Shown: positions 1 through 11,699 of the stretch, one piece after another
Layout of the letters: every line of letters starts with the position of its first letter
Position numbering within the stretch: the stretch's first letter is position 1
From: Epiperipatus broadwayi
Lineage: Eukaryota; Animalia; Onychophora
Direction of reading: 5' to 3'
Length of the DNA stretch: 64,000 nt
Assembly (NCBI GenBank): GCA_028023455.1
Contig: JAQFVV010000004.1
Span: 12,462,001-12,526,000 of the forward strand
Program-made: the position numbers and the translations under genes
The notes under the pieces: model-generated
Told to the model about the DNA's origin: nothing
The model's input: only the letters and a program-made list of their open reading frames with translations
Database searches by the model: none

Positions 1-772
1 AATCAGATGGATTTTTTTATGGTAAGGTAGATAGAGTAAATGAGGATAACAGGAATAGGTGTAGGGATAGTAAATGGATGTCTATTCCATATTCAGAAAA
101 GGTGTATAAAAGATTAATGAAAGACAAATTGCCGAATAATGTAAAAATAGCTTGAAAAAATAATGTCTTTGGGTAAATGGTTAAATAATGCAAAAGAGTT
201 AAATGATGTTGATAGTATGGGGGGGGGTGATGTATAAAATTAGCTGTGGAAAATGCAATAATATAGGACAGACAGGAAGAATGGTGAGAGAGGTAAAGAA
301 CATGATCGAGCAATTAATAGAAAAGATATGAAGTCAGGGCCATATTTGCATTATTTGGATACATGGCATAAAATGAAATGTGAGGAAAATATAAGAGTTA
401 TAAAGTATGTGAAGAATTACCATAAGAGAATATATTATGAAACATTATATATTCAGGAAAATTTGAACAAATGTGTAAATATAGTAAAAGGTCCAGCTAA
501 ATTAGGTGGGAAGTGGGCTTTATTAAACAATTGGAAAGTGTAGAAAATGATTGTAAATATATAAATACAAAATTTTTTTACGAGATGTAAAATATATATT
601 TAATTATTATTTTGGGAGAAATATTGTAAAAAAAAATTTTTTTTTACATGTATAATATGTTAAATTTATTTATTTATTTATTTATAATGTATGGGTACAT
701 GTTTAAAAGGAAATGAAATGTAATGTAAATAGTGTCCAATAGATGGAGTGAATATAGTTAATTGATTATAAT

Positions 773-832
773 TGCTGAGATATTCTTGACTTCGTTTAAG
801 GAGAAGCCACAAAACAGCACATCACATCACAT
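773..832 (+). mobile_element. 5'-truncated 3' end of the CR1/L2-group LINE family found at 21487-26130
   Basis: gagatattcttgac..aaggagaagccacaaaacagcacatcacatcac matches the reverse complement of 21487-21540 (gagattcctgac..aaggagaagccacagtacagcacatcatca) and ends in a CACAT repeat tail. Confidence 0.7.
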
Positions 833-850
833 GTGAATTGTATAGTATAA

Positions 851-892
851 TATCTTGAGAAGGTCTCAATGGAGATGAAAGCCGGTTTGATA
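851..892 (+). ncRNA. Minimal type I hammerhead-like motif (U3-A8 variant) of PLE1
   Basis: tatc-TTGAGAA-g-gtctc(aatg)gagat-GAAA-g(ccgg)t-T-T-gata: stem I tatc/gata, 5-bp stem II, palindromic stem III loop. Confidence 0.55.
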
Positions 893-1202
893 AATATTTA
901 AATATAGTTATTAATAGTTGTTTATTTCAATCTTGTTTGATTGATTATTTATTTATAAAAATTGTTATATTACATATTTAAATTAATAAACAAAAGCCAT
1001 ATAAAAGTAATACTCCTGCTTTTTATTATTATATTTTCTTTATTTACTTATTTTTATAATTGATAATTTATTATAATAAATTACTTTCCTGGAATTCTAA
1101 ATATAAAAATGGCATTGCCAATATGTTGTTTACACTCATTGCTTAAAAAAGAAAAGGAAGGGCCAAAGTTTGATAAAGTAAAGATTTTTCACTCACCAGT
1201 TA

Positions 1203-1413
1203 TCATACTAGGTTAAAACTCAGCACGACCCACCACTCTCAGTGCCATCTCATATTGCTGACCTACCTGATCACACACCTGTTGAACATGTGTCAGCAAT
1301 ATGAGATGGCACTGAGAGTGGTGGGTCGTGTGAAAGTCTGAGTTCGAATCCCGCATATATTACATATATAAATGCAGGTTTAAGCCTGTAGAATGTATTC
1401 ATACTAGGTTAAA
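1203..1413 (+). mobile_element. Family A-related short element inserted as a fold-back with a 15-bp TSD
   Basis: Perfect 39-bp inverted arms at 1224-1262 and 1292-1330. B-box-like gagttcgaatccc follows the right arm. Direct repeat tcatactaggttaaa at 1203-1217 and 1399-1413. Confidence 0.85.
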
Positions 1414-2699
1414 TAAATAGACTATATTGGAGGAGGTGTATTGCGATGCTGAATGAAAATAATCAATGCAATAGTCATCAGATGATGAAATGTACCACCA
1501 CTAGAATAAAATTAATACTACAGTATATTGCTTTAGCCTTTACATAGAGATGGTAATGAATATTTATGATAAACATTTATTAAAAAAAGAATATGTTCCT
1601 AAACTGACAGTCATAATAACATATTAACACATCTTAATTCAAATCCACAGAGAAAAGAACTCACTTATCATCAAGAATATCTAAGATATGTCCGACAGTT
1701 ATAAAGTTTTACTGATTAAAAATGCAACTCTAGCACTCATTAACTGATATCTAAAAAAAATAGTTGCTAAAAATATGACATGAGAAAAAACAAAACATAA
1801 ATCTAATGACATAAGTTATCTCAAGGCTAATTGTTCTTTTCTTTAAGAAAAAAAATCCAAGAGAAAAACAAATATATTTTAAATAAACAAACAGTGGAAA
1901 ATAAAAAAAATTGTAATTGTAGGACAAAGTTTCTAATTGTAAAATAATAATTAAAAAATGTATATTTTTTAAAAATAAATAGTTACTAATTTTTTGTTAT
2001 AAGACGGTAATTAAAAAAAAAAAAACACGTTTTACTTGGAAATCTGTATAACATTGATTAAACTTCTTAAGATTACATAAAACTTAAAAAAAAAAAAGTA
2101 TTGAATAAGAAACATTGATTTTAAATACCTTCAAGCATTATTAACCTTTTAACATTGCGATAAGTAAATCTTATATTTAAATAATAAAATTCAAAAGTTA
2201 TCTTGAATTTAGACACACATAACAATAATAATAAAAATCTTTTTCAGGATTTGCTAACTGAAGGTATCCTCATTAGAGATTTTTAATTGAATATTTTCCT
2301 CCTCTATATCTCTATAACCTGTGGGGCACTCTCCCCCAGAGAGCGTGAAATAACAAAACGGTGAATGATAAGACATAAAAAATAAACAAAAAAAAAATGA
2401 AAAAAACAACAACGAATTATTGAAACCAAAATAAGAAATTATGAGAAATATTGCAAAATGTGGCATGATTTCATTAGCCTTGTCGCCGCGTATCAGTAGC
2501 AAACGAAAAGTAAATATAGAAAAAAAAATTAGGACTTCAAAAAATAGTTGGAAGGAGGATTCGATTAAAGCTATCTGGAAAGTTGGGTCCTAAAAGGTTG
2601 ATATCTGCCTATCTATAACCATAACATCTACATCTAACAAACAATTCCTTCTGATACTGTTTGTAGAGTTTTTCTTTTCATCATTATTCTGTTTTTGTT

Positions 2700-3400
2700 T
2701 TTTTTTTGTATAACAATACTACTTTAATTTCCTTTCTTCAATGATATTATTACCTATTTTTAATAAATCATTTCTCTGATCTCTTAATTTATTCTTTTCT
2801 CCAATTTTGATTTTCTCACTGAGCTTTTACAATAATCCATTTCTGTTGCCAATAATCCATATTCACTTTCCTATGTTATTCCTATGTCTCTGCTTTATAC
2901 AATAGTATACTCTGTATTAGAATATATATATCTTTTCATTTTTATTAATATTTTACTAGCTATAAAAGTGAGTTTATCATTTGTATTGCATGATTCATTG
3001 AACAAATTTTTCTGTGCATCTTTCTTTCTGATGACACATTTTTGTCCAACAATTAATTGATCCCAAATATTAGATACTGTTTGCTTTCTTTTTTTTCATC
3101 ATGGTAGATTGTCATTTCCCCCTATCACCAATTATTCTGCCTTTTCAAAATTATACGCCAAATTTTATCTGTTCTATATATCTCTCATGATGCACTTTTC
3201 CAATGATTGATCATAAATATTAGAATATATACCATTCCATGACTTTTTCTTTCCCTCTCATCCTTCCAAAAATGATCAATACATTAATATTTCTCTATGC
3301 TACCAAATATTTTATCTTTCCAAAATTGGTATTTAATATTTACTTGATGTAATAATCCAAAAAATGTTAATATATTCAATATCCCCTGATCGTACACTAA
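2700..3400 (-). pseudogene. Decayed non-LTR retrotransposon RT C-terminal half (RTE-like)
   Basis: Minus-strand remnants YDQGILN.L.F (QG motif), YLGSIN and LLATEMDYC..SVRKSKLEKRIN.EIREM, with many stops and frameshifts. Confidence 0.7.
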
Positions 3401-3410
3401 TAACAAATTC

Positions 3411-3640
3411 ACATCACATGACCACCTCCTCTTATGCTTGTGTATAACTGTTGTTAAAACAGGCAAAACTCACTATATATATTGTCACACACAGCAAGCT
3501 AGAATAATCAATGGATGCCAGAAGGCTTGTGCATAAAATCCCTATCTAGTGCCTACTCATCCAATATCCCCAGACTAGTTTCTGGCTTATGGCCTTCGTC
3601 AGTGAGGAGCCTTGGATCTGAGAGCACTGCACCTAGATCT
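3411..3640 (-). mobile_element. Family B hammerhead mini-element, single 5'-truncated copy
   Basis: High similarity to copies at 32228, 43410, 53807 and 55474. Contains the HHR at 3559-3617 and the tail motif ggtcatgtgatg (minus strand, about 3411-3422). Confidence 0.9.
3559..3617 (-). ncRNA. Type I hammerhead ribozyme, family B
   Basis: atccaa-ggc-tcctca CTGACGA a-ggc(cataa)gcc-a GAAA c(ta)g TC tgggga-ta-ttggat: bipartite stem I, stem II, palindromic stem III, GUC cleavage triplet. Confidence 0.85.
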
Positions 3641-5859
3641 TTTAAAAATTCATTTGTTAACAATATAAACAAACGTATACATATGTATCTGTCTCATACT
3701 TTATATTTCTCAATAGCAGCAACCCACAGTTCTGAGAAATAAAGTGCTCTGAACCTCGGACTCTATAAATTTTATGTGTAATATATTAAAGTCAATAAGT
3801 TTGGTTCTCTGAAAATATATGGAATTCTGATAAGTAATTCAATCTTGCTCCAATTTGTAAATGAAATATGTCTCTTATAGGTAGTCTAGCAATGGATTGT
3901 TCTAATATTCAGAATAAAGTAAATCTAGGAAAATTAAAAAAATACTAAAACTTACGATTTTGCAGCTTAGATTTGTTTTAGTCTAAGCTAGTTTGAAAGT
4001 TGTTAATGTTCTTAAATTATTCTTTAAAAAAAAAGAAAAGACTATCAGAAAAGAATTGAAACGCAAATTTAAAACAGTCCACTTTACAAAATGCAATAAA
4101 CTTTTTGAGATAAAAAAAGGGCACTCCTGAGTATTGCTCAATATGGTCTAATTAAACTCTAATAAAAAGTAATTTATATTTTAAATCCCAAGTACGAAAT
4201 ATATTCTCATAATTAAACAATATGTTAATGAGATGAAAAAAGGTTCAGTAATTTCAAATTTAAGATTAAAAATAATTGATCATGCTTTTACAACAATTAA
4301 AGTTATTTATTAGAAACTATATAAAATATAAGTAAGGGAATACTACTTATAAAAATTGTTCTCACTTTTATTATTCAACAAGACTTTTAAATGTAAATAG
4401 CACTTGTGGGAATTAAAATCTTTTCTACGATTTAAATTGTTCTGTAGCTAACCATAATTTATTTTTATGTATTTTCCACTTAGTTTGTCATTTCATAAAA
4501 CAGTCCGAATTACTTTTACTAAACCAAATATATATCAATAAGTTTTTTTTTTTTTAAAAAAAAAAGATAATTTTCTTAATAAAAAGTATGTTTGCTAACA
4601 TTATTTATTATACGAATATTTTATTTAATTATTAAATTTTTACTTACAATTTCAATTAGTAATTCATTACAATTGCTGTTTCCTAGACACTAAGAAATGC
4701 TTTACTGAAACTTATAAAATATAAGTATCTCTAATATCTGAACAATAGTGTTAATAGCATATTGAAGATCAGACGTTTGTTAAGTATATGGCAATTTGTT
4801 AGTGGATATGTACATTTCGAAGTATATTGTTCATCTATTCAAATGCACAAACAAATGATTTTTATAGTTAATACATACTGATGTATAAATTAGAAAACAT
4901 TTATCATTAAAGGATAATAATGTTTAAAAGATTTTTGAAAATATGATAATAATTTTGAACATGGCTCCTGGAATGAAACACCGTTGACCAAGTTAAATTC
5001 TAGAATCCCCAAGCCCAAGAAATAAAATTTGTAAATTAAAACAAAATGAAGTCCATAAAATTTTATACAGAATCAGTAGAATATTAAAAAAATATAATTA
5101 TTTACACTTTCAGCTTTTTATTTACATATAAACTCTCCCAGTTTTGGTGATCATAAAATAGCTTCTAGGATTTTCCACGATAAACTGTGACAAAACTTTC
5201 AACAAACTTTTATGTTCAAAAATTTTTTGGCCAGGTGCCTGGATTGTTAATTCACGAATGACAACATTCTCAATTTCTTTTCTTTTTGAGATCCAAATCA
5301 CTTATTTGACATTTTTTCTGTGCTGTAACCTCAACTAAAGAGATCAAAACAAAAGCTTTCACAAGTAGAATAAGAAATACACACACAGGACATAATGACT
5401 CAATAATAAGAGGAATATTTTATCCTTTAGTTTGATGCAAACAATTAATTACATATATATACCAAAATTAATATATATATATATTTGGAACTAAATATCC
5501 ACATACAGGGTAAACTACAAATTTAGAAAATCCGACATATATGTATAATCGTAAATAAACAATATGTTTACAATCTGCATGGGCCTATTGAGTTTACTAT
5601 AAGACATAAGATCAGGATGACCTATAATAACCCTATAGAGGCGGCTAGAAATCAATACTCTGACATAAGATGTCCAATGTTCTTCTGCAGCTTCATGTCT
5701 GAAATTTGGACAATCTTGCAGAGCTGTCCCATCACAAAGAGAAGATATACCTTTTTTTTTTTATTCTTTACATGTTGGCTTGTCTCCATTAACTTTTACA
5801 AGGATGATGTAACTCTTAGATTTCAATAGCAGACACTAGATCGACTTCTGATTATCAGG

Positions 5860-6030
5860 TCAATTAAATTAGTTGACAACAATAATTGTTTCCAATCCCA
5901 TTAATTACTAAAAAGTTTAGGATAGAATTTCTCACTCATAACTTGCTTGTGTTTTCTATTAACAACGTTCAATAATAAAATATTTACACTACTGTAACTT
6001 TTAAGGTGCTTGGTATTCCACTATTAATTA
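5860..6030 (-). pseudogene. Small LINE RT N-terminal remnant
   Basis: Weak match to the G.IP..LK...V / YRPISILS...K.LE region; heavily decayed. Confidence 0.3.
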
Positions 6031-6299
6031 TCTAATTATATTATACACCCTATACTTTTTTTGTGATAATATAAAAATATAACACTTTTAAATGCTTTAT
6101 CTTCAAAACTGTAAAATAAATAAAAGATACAAAAAGTGTATTGAGAGCAAAGATTCATTAGTGCAGACAATTATGAAGTACTGAGCATGCTTTCAACTGG
6201 ATTCAGTCATATATGTAGCAATGAATGTAACAGAGGTAGGCTGGTATATTAAATAGTCTAAAAACAAGTGAAATAATTTGCATATTGATTGCATTATTT

Positions 6300-6460
6300 A
6301 ATTACAATTATAATTTATATATCTGGCATTTAGATGTAATATAGGGGATTTGAACACAAACTTTCAGGCTCCCTTCAGATATCAACTCTATCTCATACAA
6401 TCGATACACATGATCACACACATGTAAAAAAAGATAAATAATCTCCAATAAACATATTTG
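6300..6460 (-). repeat. Family A short interspersed repeat copy
   Basis: Reverse complement aligns with 6930-7135 and 27933-28040 (gtgatcatgtgtatc...gaaagtttgtgttcaaatcccctatattacatc). Confidence 0.85.
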
Positions 6461-6778
6461 ATGCTGAACCAGCACTAATAAGTTCAGATCAACATTTCCC
6501 ACACATACATATATAATCAGTGCTTGACTTTATAGTAAGATAGCAAATCTTCAAACTTTGGTGGACAGATTTCAATCCACTCCACTCTCCAACTCTTCAA
6601 CTGTACATACCACTGAAAATCTGATGATAGAATTCCCAAACCCCTTGTTAATGCCAATATTATTATCATGACCATGTTGACTTTAAGTCACTCAGATGCA
6701 TTATGTATGGGACCTTGTCCATTTAAATACACCAAAGAGCAATTAGGCAGGATACAGGCTGAATTTGTAATATTTAAA

Positions 6779-7135
6779 TACAAGTATAATTTATATACCA
6801 GGAGTTTAGATGTAATATAGAAGATTTGAACACAGAATTTCAAGTTCCCTTAAGCTATCAAGTCTACCCCATACAACCAATACACATGACCACATACATG
6901 TGAAAAAGATAAGATTATTTATCTTTTTCACATGTGTAGTCATGTGTATTGGTTGTATAAGATAAAATTGATAGCTGAAGGGAGCATGAAAATCTGTGTT
7001 CAATTTTTTTAACATGTGTAGTCATGTGTATCAGTTGTATGAGATAGAGTCAATAGCTGAAAGGAACTTGACAATCTGTGTTTAAACTCCCTATATTACA
7101 CTTAAGCCCAGGTATATAAATTATACATGTATTTA
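6779..7135. repeat. Family A fold-back plus partial tandem: antisense copy, central hairpin, two sense copies
   Basis: Antisense 6779-6915; hairpin catgtgaaaaagataa/ttatctttttcacatg; sense copies at about 6922-7013 and 7014-7135; outer ends are inverted. Confidence 0.85.
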
Positions 7136-7740
7136 TGCTAGTGATATTGCTTTGACTGTTGAAAAGAGATCCACTGTTAAAAAATCTTTCACTAAGAATA
7201 TGAAAAAATTGGAAATATTTTTAAAAGACTGGTATCTTATCCTATGCCAATGAAGAGAGTATGTCCAATTTTTCATTAAAATTACAAAAAGTCATTTTAT
7301 AATCTGAATATAATCATTTTCAATAATAATCTGAAATAGAATTCTATGATATACTATTTAGGAGTAATATTGTTTGATAGTCTAACACATTTTTCTTATT
7401 TATCAAAGATTAGATCAAAATTAATTTCTAGAAATAACTTTCTTATAAAGATGACTGGATACTCAAGGTTGTGATACAAGGAATTTACAAACAGCTTTAT
7501 TAACATTAATTAGCATATTCTACACATTAATATTGTCTTCCTACATAGAGATAACTGTTCTCGTGATAAACTTCTGAAAACTCAATTAAATATTACTATG
7601 AGAAATATTACAAGTGCATTCAAATCTATTTCTTTGCAATGGTTTCCTATTCTTTCATATATCCTTTCACCAGATATCAGAAAAAAAATTGTCTCATAGA
7701 AAATGTCTAAAAAACTGTTAGCAGAAACTTGTTGCAAACG
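7128..7740 (+). pseudogene. Decayed LINE RT C-terminal fragment (Ingi/Vingi-like)
   Basis: YASDIALT (YADD), YYLGVILFDSLT, KIRSKLISRNNFLIKMTG..GCDT..LQTALL.L and LN.TMR.ITSAFKS.SLQWFP.LS.I..P motifs across frameshifts. Confidence 0.7.
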
Positions 7741-7764
7741 TTTAAAAAAGGTAAAATAATTTAA

Positions 7765-8270
7765 ATTTAAAGTTTATATTGTGCTACTCTACCAGAATCC
7801 TAGTGCTATCTTATTTTGAAGTTAAAAAGATGTGTCCAAAAATGAATGCAATTTGTTATGTAAACGAGACATTAAAATATTCCATTTTTTGACAATGGAA
7901 CACATGATTAGTTTTTAAGAATTGCAAGTGGATCTTTTGCAATTTCCCATGCCTCCTTTTACTTTTGTTTTTTAGTATCTCTCTCAGCACAAACTGTCCC
8001 ACATTAGTTGAATTAAAAACATGATCCATTGTGTTCTCATGTTTAAGAAAAATTGAATTATATTTATTATTTTGTTTTGCCTTATTGTATAAATATATAT
8101 GCTGGGCAATCCTAGCTAATCTATTTGCCTGTGATTTGCCATAATAGATAGCTTTGCACAAGGATCCACTGCATGCAAATTTCTAAAACACTTGGAGGGC
8201 ATGCTCTGGTGGTATTTTGTCTTTTGCATAATTCAACAATTTATTCAATGATGGAGGGGATCTAAAGTTA
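7765..8270 (-). mobile_element. Inverted 3' part (GIY-YIG plus UTR) of the PLE2 family
   Basis: ORF 7856-8161 CKAIYYGKSQANRLARIAQH...SIFLKHENTMDHVFNSTNV is a GIY-YIG domain. 7765-7910 aligns in inverted orientation with 9950-10105. Confidence 0.75.
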
Positions 8271-8394
8271 ACTCTCAAATTATAAATTTAAAAATAAAAA
8301 ATATAAACACATACAACATAAAATATAAGAGATAAATTTGCATCTACAATATTGATAAAATATTGCAACAAACCTTATACAAGATCTGAATACT

Positions 8395-10105
8395 TAACGA
8401 TGTGTACCCTACAGCAGCTATACCGCCATGTAAGTTCGTAAACATTAAATTGCATAAAGAAATCAATCACTTACACTTAAGATTGATTTCAATGTGGCAA
8501 ACTATTATAAGGCAACAAAGAAAATAGCAGAGTATCTAATTTCAGATATTGGTTTTGGAAAATATACAATAATCGCTTAGATCATGCTAATATAAATGCA
8601 TATTCCTAACTGCAAATTCTTATTTAGCACTACGATTCTGCCAACGATCTTCTAAAAGCTGGTTCAATACATTTAAGACTTTCTTATAATTATTTTATCT
8701 TTTCAGATTAACTTGAACATTACAAATTTTTTAGAATTAAATAATTGTAGGAAAAGAGTATATGTTATTGAGAATATAAAGATAAATGAAAATCAAAAGT
8801 TGGCCTCACTGGATATCGAACTCTATAAGTCCATTTCAAGCAATCTATCTATTAGTACAATTCTAGATGTATTGCAGGTAATCAACTACAATCTGAATAA
8901 AAAAATTTTTATAAATGATGTATTAAAATTGATCAATAAGGACATAATAACTATAGCCAAAGGGATATTTTATAAAATGGAAAGTGGATAGTCTATGAGA
9001 CTAATACTAAATGGTATAATATGCAGTATTACTCAATCAAAATTCAAGAATACTGTTATCCCAAAATATTTGGCTCCTTTATCTAACAAGATTTATATGA
9101 GATATGTTAATGATGTGCTTATATGTGCATCAGACACACATATTAATAATAAACATCAAGAACTTGAAAATATATCACTTTTAGAATGGACCATTGAAGC
9201 AGGAAATAATAACCACAAAATTAATTTTCTTGGACCTATATATACAAAAACACAATCAAAATCTTGACTTCAAAATGAATTAAAGCCCATTGAAATAACA
9301 GGAGCTATTCACCCAAATTAAAAATTATAAAACACAAACTTCCAGGTTTGAAAAGCTTCTTATACAAAAACAAGAACTTATGCAAGTGTAAAGTCAATCA
9401 AGAAATAATATAAAGACTTACATCTATGACCTTCCAAATCTGACATATATTGAAATAGATTAATAAGAATTATTGGCAAAGTTGTCAATAATGTACGCAT
9501 GATAATAAACCACAAAATGTATCTAAACTATGGACAAGCCTGCCATACATTCCTAGGATAACAATTAAATTAAAAAACATATGCACTGACATATATAGCA
9601 TTAGTTTTAGATCCCTTCCATCATTGAATAAATTGTTAAATAATGAAAAAGATAAAATACCACCAGAATCACATCTCCCAAGCAGTTTATAAAATTGTAT
9701 GCAGCATCTCCTTGTGCAAAGCTACCTATTAGAGTAAAAAAAGCAGATGAATAGACCAACAAGGATGGGCCAAGATACATATTTATACAACAGGGGAAAA
9801 CAAAATAATATAATTCCATTGTTTTCTTGAACACAGGTGCATGAGTCATACTTTTAATCCAACTAACATGAAGACAGTTTGCACTGAAAAAATGATAAAA
9901 AATAAATATTCAAGGAGGTATGGCAATTACAAAAAAAAAAACAAATGCAATTTATGTGTTCCATTGCCAAAAAAATGAAATATTTAAATGTCTCATACTG
10001 AAGTGCATTCATTTAAGAGTGCAGCTTTTCAAATGTCAAATAAGACAATGCTATGATTTTGGCAGTATTCTGCTGAAAGTAGGCTTAGTGCAGTATAAAT
10101 TATTT
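8395..10105 (+). mobile_element. Penelope-like element remnant PLE2 (RT, thumb, GIY-YIG)
   Basis: IPP...KLHKE, LASLDI.LY.SI, FYKMESG.SM, YMRYVND, WTIE...KINFLG, SLPYIP, AVYKIVCS..CKATY, SHTFNPTNMK; stops and frameshifts throughout. Confidence 0.9.
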
Positions 10106-10672
10106 TACCTTTTCTTAACACTTGTTTGTAATGAGTTTATAATGATTTTTATGAAAATGAAAATCCTTTAATCATCCAACAGGCTCTGACATAACTTTTT
10201 TATATAAGTTTGAGGTATTTTTAATAACAATATAAATATTAATTATTAATAATTTAATTTCAAGGATTTATTTTAATAATGGCATTTATGAAAAAGAAAT
10301 AAAATATAATATTAAACTGAATTCAGATTACCTATTCATATTCACATATATACAATAAAAGCTGAAAATTAAAAAAAAACAAAAAACATTTTTTTTACTA
10401 ACTAATATTAAAGAATATTAATAAAAGATAAAATAAACACAATGTTTTTATAATTACATGTACTTTTGCATCAAAATAATATTTAAATATATTATAAAAA
10501 TATAACATTTAATAAAAATGTTCATCTTTTTTTTTTCTATTAAAACAAGTTTTTTTTTTTTTAAAAAGTCTATCTTTTAAAAATTTGAACATATAATAAA
10601 ACTATAAATTAGCTGCTATGTTTAGCAGGACATTTTCTATAAAAAGGAATATAGCTTTATAGCTTGGGAATT

Positions 10673-11025
10673 CATAAGAAATTGGAACACCAGATCTGCC
10701 AGTGCCAGAAATGATCTTGGGACTTCCTGATCCCAGGTTGAATGCTCTAGCTACTGTGCCAAATGGGATTGGGAAATCCCATGTTTATTTCTGGTGCTTG
10801 TACATCATGCATTTGGTGCAGTAGGTAGAGCATCCAACTTGAGATCAAAAAGTCCCAGGAATGTTTCTGGTAGTCCCAGGCCTGGTGGTGCTCAAACTTC
10901 TTATGTGCCCTGAGCAATAAAGCCAAATGCTTTTTGCCAGCACAGTCTGGCATTATTCTGGCACTCCAGGTCTGATGCTCAAACTTCTTATGATCTTCTA
11001 AGCAATAAAGACATATGTCTTTATT
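10673..11025. repeat. Family D fold-back of a tRNA-like-headed short element with partial tandem 3' end
   Basis: Imperfect arms at 10673-10765 and 10810-10905 (roughly 80% identical by eye). Head tggtgcagtaggtagagcatccaacttgagatc is tRNA-like. The 3' part gctcaaacttcttatg..agcaataaag occurs twice. Perfect 22-bp palindrome at 11004-11025. Confidence 0.75.
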
Positions 11026-11699
11026 ATCTATAGAATGAGATAATATATGAATGCATAGGGTACACTATTTTTATCTAGACTTCCTCAAATATGACTAATC
11101 ATAAAATTGACTATTGCATACTGATAAAATACTGCTAATAGCTAAATAAAAGAAATTTTTTTAAAAAATTAATTACAGTCACAGAGATGTCTATTTGATG
11201 TTGAATTGTCTGCATAGTCAGTAATAAATGATATAAGTAAATAAATAAATATCAAGCCAAGCTTTGCAGAAATGCTAAATCTTTAAACTTATAACTATGA
11301 TAAGGGTAAGAATTTTTAAAATAATTCTGTAATATTAACTATCAGAATCATGACAAAAATAATTATCTGGTAAGTAGTCACTCTAGCATGTCATAAATAT
11401 AATACATGTTTAGCACCAATATGTGTATAATTATATATTAGACTATTTCCATAATTTAATAAAATGTTTTTAGAAAAATTGATAACTTTATTTCATCTTG
11501 TCAAATACATTTTTCTTTTAAAATAACGTAAATTATTATACAGCACAATAATTTGAACAATATAATTCTTTTCAGATGTTGCTGGTTAATTCATAAGAAT
11601 CCTAACTAGCAAGGGAATTGATGACCTTCAGATTCATTAATAATGAATCTAAAGTGAAAATCTACCTAATGGAACTAGTCTGTTAAAGGTGATAATGAG

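Larger units (their letters stand above)
1..900 (+). mobile_element. Penelope-like element remnant PLE1: GIY-YIG endonuclease end plus 3' UTR/pLTR
   Basis: Frame from 262 reads YIGQTGRMVREVKEHDRAINRKDMKS...KRIYYETLYIQENLN (in frame with ORF 328-543). This is the PLE-type GIY-YIG second motif and the R..YE..I helix. Upstream is broken by stops; an HHR-like motif lies downstream at 851-892. Confidence 0.85.

Noticed and set aside
3515-3742. Recurring ORF MPEGLCIKSLSSAYSSNIPRLVSGLWPS (also 32738-32950 and 53734-53952) as a small protein family
   Set aside because: It is the antisense reading of family B. Starts and ends differ between copies, and the conserved strand feature is the ribozyme.
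6966-6995. CTGAAGG-gagcat-GAAA in family A as a hammerhead core
   Set aside because: A9 is missing, there is no consistent stem II, and there is no stem I/III complementarity across copies.
10048-10086. Possible hammerhead behind PLE2 (gcag-tatt-ctgc-t-GAAA)
   Set aside because: The core and stem III are too degenerate to support; the same applies to the PLE4 flank near 46300-46340.
11620-11680. TTGATGA + hairpin + GAAA downstream of PLE3
   Set aside because: Wrong strand relative to PLE3, and stems I and III cannot form.
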